Positions 61,035 to 64,000 of a DNA stretch of 64,000 bases are shown here, one piece after another. The stretch spans positions 117,738-181,737 of the forward strand of contig JBGASF010000001.1 of the NCBI GenBank assembly GCA_044229835.1, in the 5' to 3' direction. The notes beneath the pieces are model-generated. The model was not told where the DNA came from and did not search any database. It saw nothing but the letters and a program-made list of their open reading frames with translations. Each line of letters starts with the position of its first letter. Within the stretch, counting starts at the first letter, position 1. This DNA is from Polyangia bacterium. Lineage in GTDB: Bacteria > Myxococcota_A > Polyangia > Haliangiales > JADYYK01. A program made the position numbers and the translations under genes.

Positions 61035-61961
61035 ATGAAGACGCCGCGTGCACTGCTGGCCCTGCTCGTGCTGATCCCCGCCTGCGGGGGCGGCGCGGGC
61101 GGCGATGACGTCACCGTGGACGCCGGCGCCAGCGTCGATGCTCCGCCGGGCACCGCGCTGCGGCGCCTCATGGTGTCCGACTACAGCATCCCCGCCGGCA
61201 TGGAGTTCTACCAGTGCCAGCGCATCACGGTGACCGAGGCGCTCGACATCCTCACCATCAAGCCGGTGTCGCCCACCGGGGTGCACCACGAGGTCTTCGC
61301 CATCGACGAGTCGGGCCTGCAGCCTGACGGCGTCACCCGCTGCGGTCCGCTGGGCACGCGCTGGCGCACGCTGTTCGCCTCCGGCGTCAACTCGCCGCAG
61401 CTCGACATGCCGCCGGGGATCGCGCTGCGCGTGCCCGCTGGCGCCCAGCTGGTGCTCGGCCTGCACCTGTTCAACACCTCGGGCAGCGTGCTGACTGGCC
61501 AGGCCGCGCTCGACATCCTGACCGCGACCGACTCGACCGGCCTCAAGGAGGCCGGCGTGCCCTTCGCCGGCAACCCGTCCTTCACCATCCCGGTGTCGCC
61601 GCCGCACGAGGTCCAGGGCGTGTGCACCGTGGATCGCGCGACCAAGTTCTTCGCCGTGTTCCCGCACATGCACCAGACCGGCGCGCACATGAAGGTCTGG
61701 GTCACCGGCAGCGTCGGCACCCGCACGGTGTGGGACGAGGACTACGACTTCAACGATCAGCGCTTCGGCCAGTTCGCCCCCATCGAGCTCGCCGCCGGCG
61801 ACAAGATCCACATGACCTGCACCTACAGCCCGGCCGGCGCCGGCAAGACCTTCGGCGACAGCTCGCTGTCCGAGATGTGCTTCGCCATCTCCTACGTGTA
61901 CCCGCCGGTGGCGACCCAGGGGCCGTTCTGCACCTGCTCGATCCCTGGCCTCGGCTGCTGA
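61035..61961 (+). CDS. copper type II ascorbate-dependent monooxygenase-like (PHM/DBH-like) lipoprotein
   Basis: Lipobox 'LLVLIPAC'. Candidate CuH ligands 'TGVHHEVF' and 'LGLHLFN'. Candidate CuM ligands 'FPHMHQTG' (H-x-H) and 'LSEMCFAISYVY' (Met). Confidence 0.7.
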   Translation: MKTPRALLALLVLIPACGGGAGGDDVTVDAGASVDAPPGTALRRLMVSDYSIPAGMEFYQCQRITVTEALDILTIKPVSPTGVHHEVFAIDESGLQPDGVTRCGPLGTRWRTLFASGVNSPQLDMPPGIALRVPAGAQLVLGLHLFNTSGSVLTGQAALDILTATDSTGLKEAGVPFAGNPSFTIPVSPPHEVQGVCTVDRATKFFAVFPHMHQTGAHMKVWVTGSVGTRTVWDEDYDFNDQRFGQFAPIELAAGDKIHMTCTYSPAGAGKTFGDSSLSEMCFAISYVYPPVATQGPFCTCSIPGLGC

Positions 61962-62006
61962 TTCCGGCACCCGCCCCGCCCGCTTTCCCACTATTCTCCC
62001 GCCCGC

Positions 62007-63728
62007 ATGAGCGAGGCTCCGCGCAAGCCCCCGTGGCACGAGACCGCCCTGGCCGGAACCTACGGCCCGGTGGCGGCCGCGGCCGCGCTGCTGGTCGCGC
62101 ACTCGCTGCTGTTCAACTTCGTCACTGACGACGCCTTCATCTCCTTCGTGTATTCGCGCAACTTCGCGCGCAGCGGCGAGCTGGTGTTCAACCCCGGCGA
62201 GTATGTCGAGGGCTACACCAACTTCCTGTGGACGCTGCTGCTGGGGGTCCTCTACAAGCTGCGCCTGGCGCCCGAGGTGATGTCGCGCCTGCTGGCCACG
62301 GCGGCGTCGCTGGGCACGCTGTACCTGATGGTGCGCATCGCCGAGCGGGTGCGCGGCGGGCGCACGCCGGCGCACGTCCTCGGGCCGCTCCTGTGCGCGG
62401 GCTGGGGCGGCTTCGCGTGCTGGACCTCGGGCGGGCTGGAGAGCGCGCCGTTCACCTTCCTGTGTGTGCTCGGGGTGTGGCGCTACCTGGAGGAGGCCGC
62501 GCTGGAGGAGGCCGCCGATGCGCCGGGCGGTCAGGCGCCGCGGCTGATGTGGAGGTGGTCCACGTTCGCGTTCGCGGCGGCGGCGCTGACGCGGCCCGAG
62601 GGGCTGCTGGTGTTCGGCATCGTGGGCGTGCACCGGCTGGTGTGGCTGGGCGTCAGCTGGCGGCCGCCACGGCGCGACGACTGGGCCTGGGCCGGCGCCT
62701 TCGTGGCCATCGTGGGCGGCTACATCGCCTGGCGCTGGAGCTACTACGGCTGGCCGCTGCCCAACACCTTCTACATCAAGTCCTCGGGCGGCTCGAACTG
62801 GGCCCGCGGCTTTTACTACCTGCGCCAGTTCGCGCGCCAGTCACGCGTGCTCTACGCGGCGCCGATCGTGCTGGCCTCGCTGGCCATCGTGGCGACCCGG
62901 CCCGGGCAGCGCGCGCGCGCCCGCTTCCTGACCCTGGCCATCCCGCTGCTGGCGGCCTACCTCGGCTATGTCGCCCGCGTCGGCGGCGACTTCATGGGGC
63001 TGCACCGCTTCATCATGCCGACGTTCCCGCTGATCGCGCTGCTGCTGCAGGACGGCGCGCTGTGCTTCTTCGCCCTGATCCCGGCGCCGACCACGCTGCT
63101 GGCCCGGCTCAGGCTGGGCGGCACCCTGGCGCTGGCGGCCGCGGTCCTCGCGCAGTGGGGCGTCCTGATGTCGCGCACCTCGCGCCACGCCATCCGCTGG
63201 GTCGGCGCCGACAACGGCATCGACTCGCCCGGCTTCCTGCGCAAGTACACCCGCGACCGCGCCACCATCGGCAAGTGGTTCTTCGTGCATGCCCGGCGCG
63301 ACGACTACATGAGCGTGGGCGGCGCCGGCGCCCAGCCCTGGTACGCCGACCTGCGCGCGCTCGACGCCTTCGGCCTGTCGGACGAGTTCATCGCGCACAA
63401 GGTCAAGCCGCACACCAACCGCCCGGGCCATCAGAAGTGGGCGCCCGACGACTATGTGTTCCGGCGCCGGCCCAGCATCCTGTGCCACGTCTACCAGCTG
63501 ACCAACAACCCCAGCCTCGACGGCGGCCGGCTGCAGTACTTCGCGCGCGAGGGCTACTACTTCATCACCGTGCGCATCCCCAACCTGGGCGAGCACTACA
63601 CCTTCGCGGTGCTCCTGACCGAGCGCGGCGCCCCGCTCCTGCACGGCAAGGAGCTCGAGGATCGCCTGGCCGAGCGGCTCCGGCTCGAGGGTGACGACTT
63701 CGTGCGCGCCTGGGATCCGCCAGCATGA
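62007..63728 (+). CDS. polytopic membrane protein, GT-C-fold glycosyltransferase-like
   Basis: At least 10 TM helices. First-loop acidic motif '[37 protein letters not shown]', as in GT-C arabinosyl/mannosyl-transferase-like families. The family assignment is tentative. Confidence 0.7.
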   Translation: MSEAPRKPPWHETALAGTYGPVAAAAALLVAHSLLFNFVTDDAFISFVYSRNFARSGELVFNPGEYVEGYTNFLWTLLLGVLYKLRLAPEVMSRLLATAASLGTLYLMVRIAERVRGGRTPAHVLGPLLCAGWGGFACWTSGGLESAPFTFLCVLGVWRYLEEAALEEAADAPGGQAPRLMWRWSTFAFAAAALTRPEGLLVFGIVGVHRLVWLGVSWRPPRRDDWAWAGAFVAIVGGYIAWRWSYYGWPLPNTFYIKSSGGSNWARGFYYLRQFARQSRVLYAAPIVLASLAIVATRPGQRARARFLTLAIPLLAAYLGYVARVGGDFMGLHRFIMPTFPLIALLLQDGALCFFALIPAPTTLLARLRLGGTLALAAAVLAQWGVLMSRTSRHAIRWVGADNGIDSPGFLRKYTRDRATIGKWFFVHARRDDYMSVGGAGAQPWYADLRALDAFGLSDEFIAHKVKPHTNRPGHQKWAPDDYVFRRRPSILCHVYQLTNNPSLDGGRLQYFAREGYYFITVRIPNLGEHYTFAVLLTERGAPLLHGKELEDRLAERLRLEGDDFVRAWDPPA

Positions 63729-64000
63729 GCTCCGGCGTGCGCGCGCCGCGCCGGCGCTTCGCCCTCGACGTCGCGGCCGGCGTCCTGCTGGTCGCGGTCG
63801 CGCTGACCGCGGTGTGGGACTTCCGGCGCCGCGCCCACGCCGGCGAGGACGGCGGCGGCCGCGGCCTCAGCGGGCGCTACTTCGCCAACGTCGGCTTCGC
63901 GGGCGACCCCTTCTTCGAGCGCATCGACCGGCGCCTCGACTTCTGGGCCGGCAACGACCACATCTTCGCCGAGCCGGGCGGGATCTCGATCGAGTGGACC
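63725..64000 (+). CDS. membrane-anchored PA14-domain protein (3' end outside window)
   Basis: ATGA overlap with the upstream gene. TM '[20 protein letters not shown]', then '[28 protein letters not shown]', typical of a PA14 domain start. Confidence 0.65.
   Translation, partial: MSSGVRAPRRRFALDVAAGVLLVAVALTAVWDFRRRAHAGEDGGGRGLSGRYFANVGFAGDPFFERIDRRLDFWAGNDHIFAEPGGISIEWT

Overview
Very GC-rich bacterial chromosome segment, roughly 70% GC by eye. It is almost certainly a myxobacterium (Myxococcota). Supporting this are a MYXO-CTERM-type sorting tail (GCGC + TM + RRR), several TonB_C/AgmX-PglI-like C-terminal domains, large Ser/Thr kinases with WD40 or TPR tails, and many lipoproteins. I call about 65 protein genes, 2 tRNAs (Val-UAC, Asp-GUC), several hairpin terminators, candidate operators and in-frame microsatellites. 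Recognisable housekeeping and metabolic genes include lon (5'-truncated), kbl-tdh, a TruC-like pseudouridine synthase, a DTW-domain tRNA modification enzyme, an LysR/NmrA/pirin/LigB-type redox detox set, and ArsR- and TetR-regulated modules. The most notable parts are as follows. (1) A duplicated tRNA-Asp 3' end plus terminator brackets a small lower-GC islet that carries a translationally coupled 3-gene cassette with a retropepsin-like protease. (2) Next to it lies a block encoding an ankyrin protein and a ~990-aa beta-propeller-WGR-(ED)n-DUF1963 protein. (3) A CarH/LitR-type B12 photoreceptor regulator is divergent from a 5-gene fatty-acid modification operon, with a perfect 16-bp inverted repeat in an AT-rich intergenic region. 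(4) An NAD-type formate dehydrogenase locus has a catalytic subunit containing an in-frame TGA (selenocysteine) with a SECIS-like hairpin. Its FdsA-like subunit is split and encoded in permuted order around a NuoE-NuoF fusion. (5) A PHM/DBH-like copper monooxygenase lipoprotein sits next to a GT-C-like membrane protein and a PA14 protein. (6) Perfect hexanucleotide repeats encode ED, GA and TS dipeptide linkers in unrelated genes, and one kinase appears frameshifted in a repeat/G-run. No CRISPR array, rRNA, transposase or integrase was found. All functional calls come from motif recognition by eye, not from database searches.
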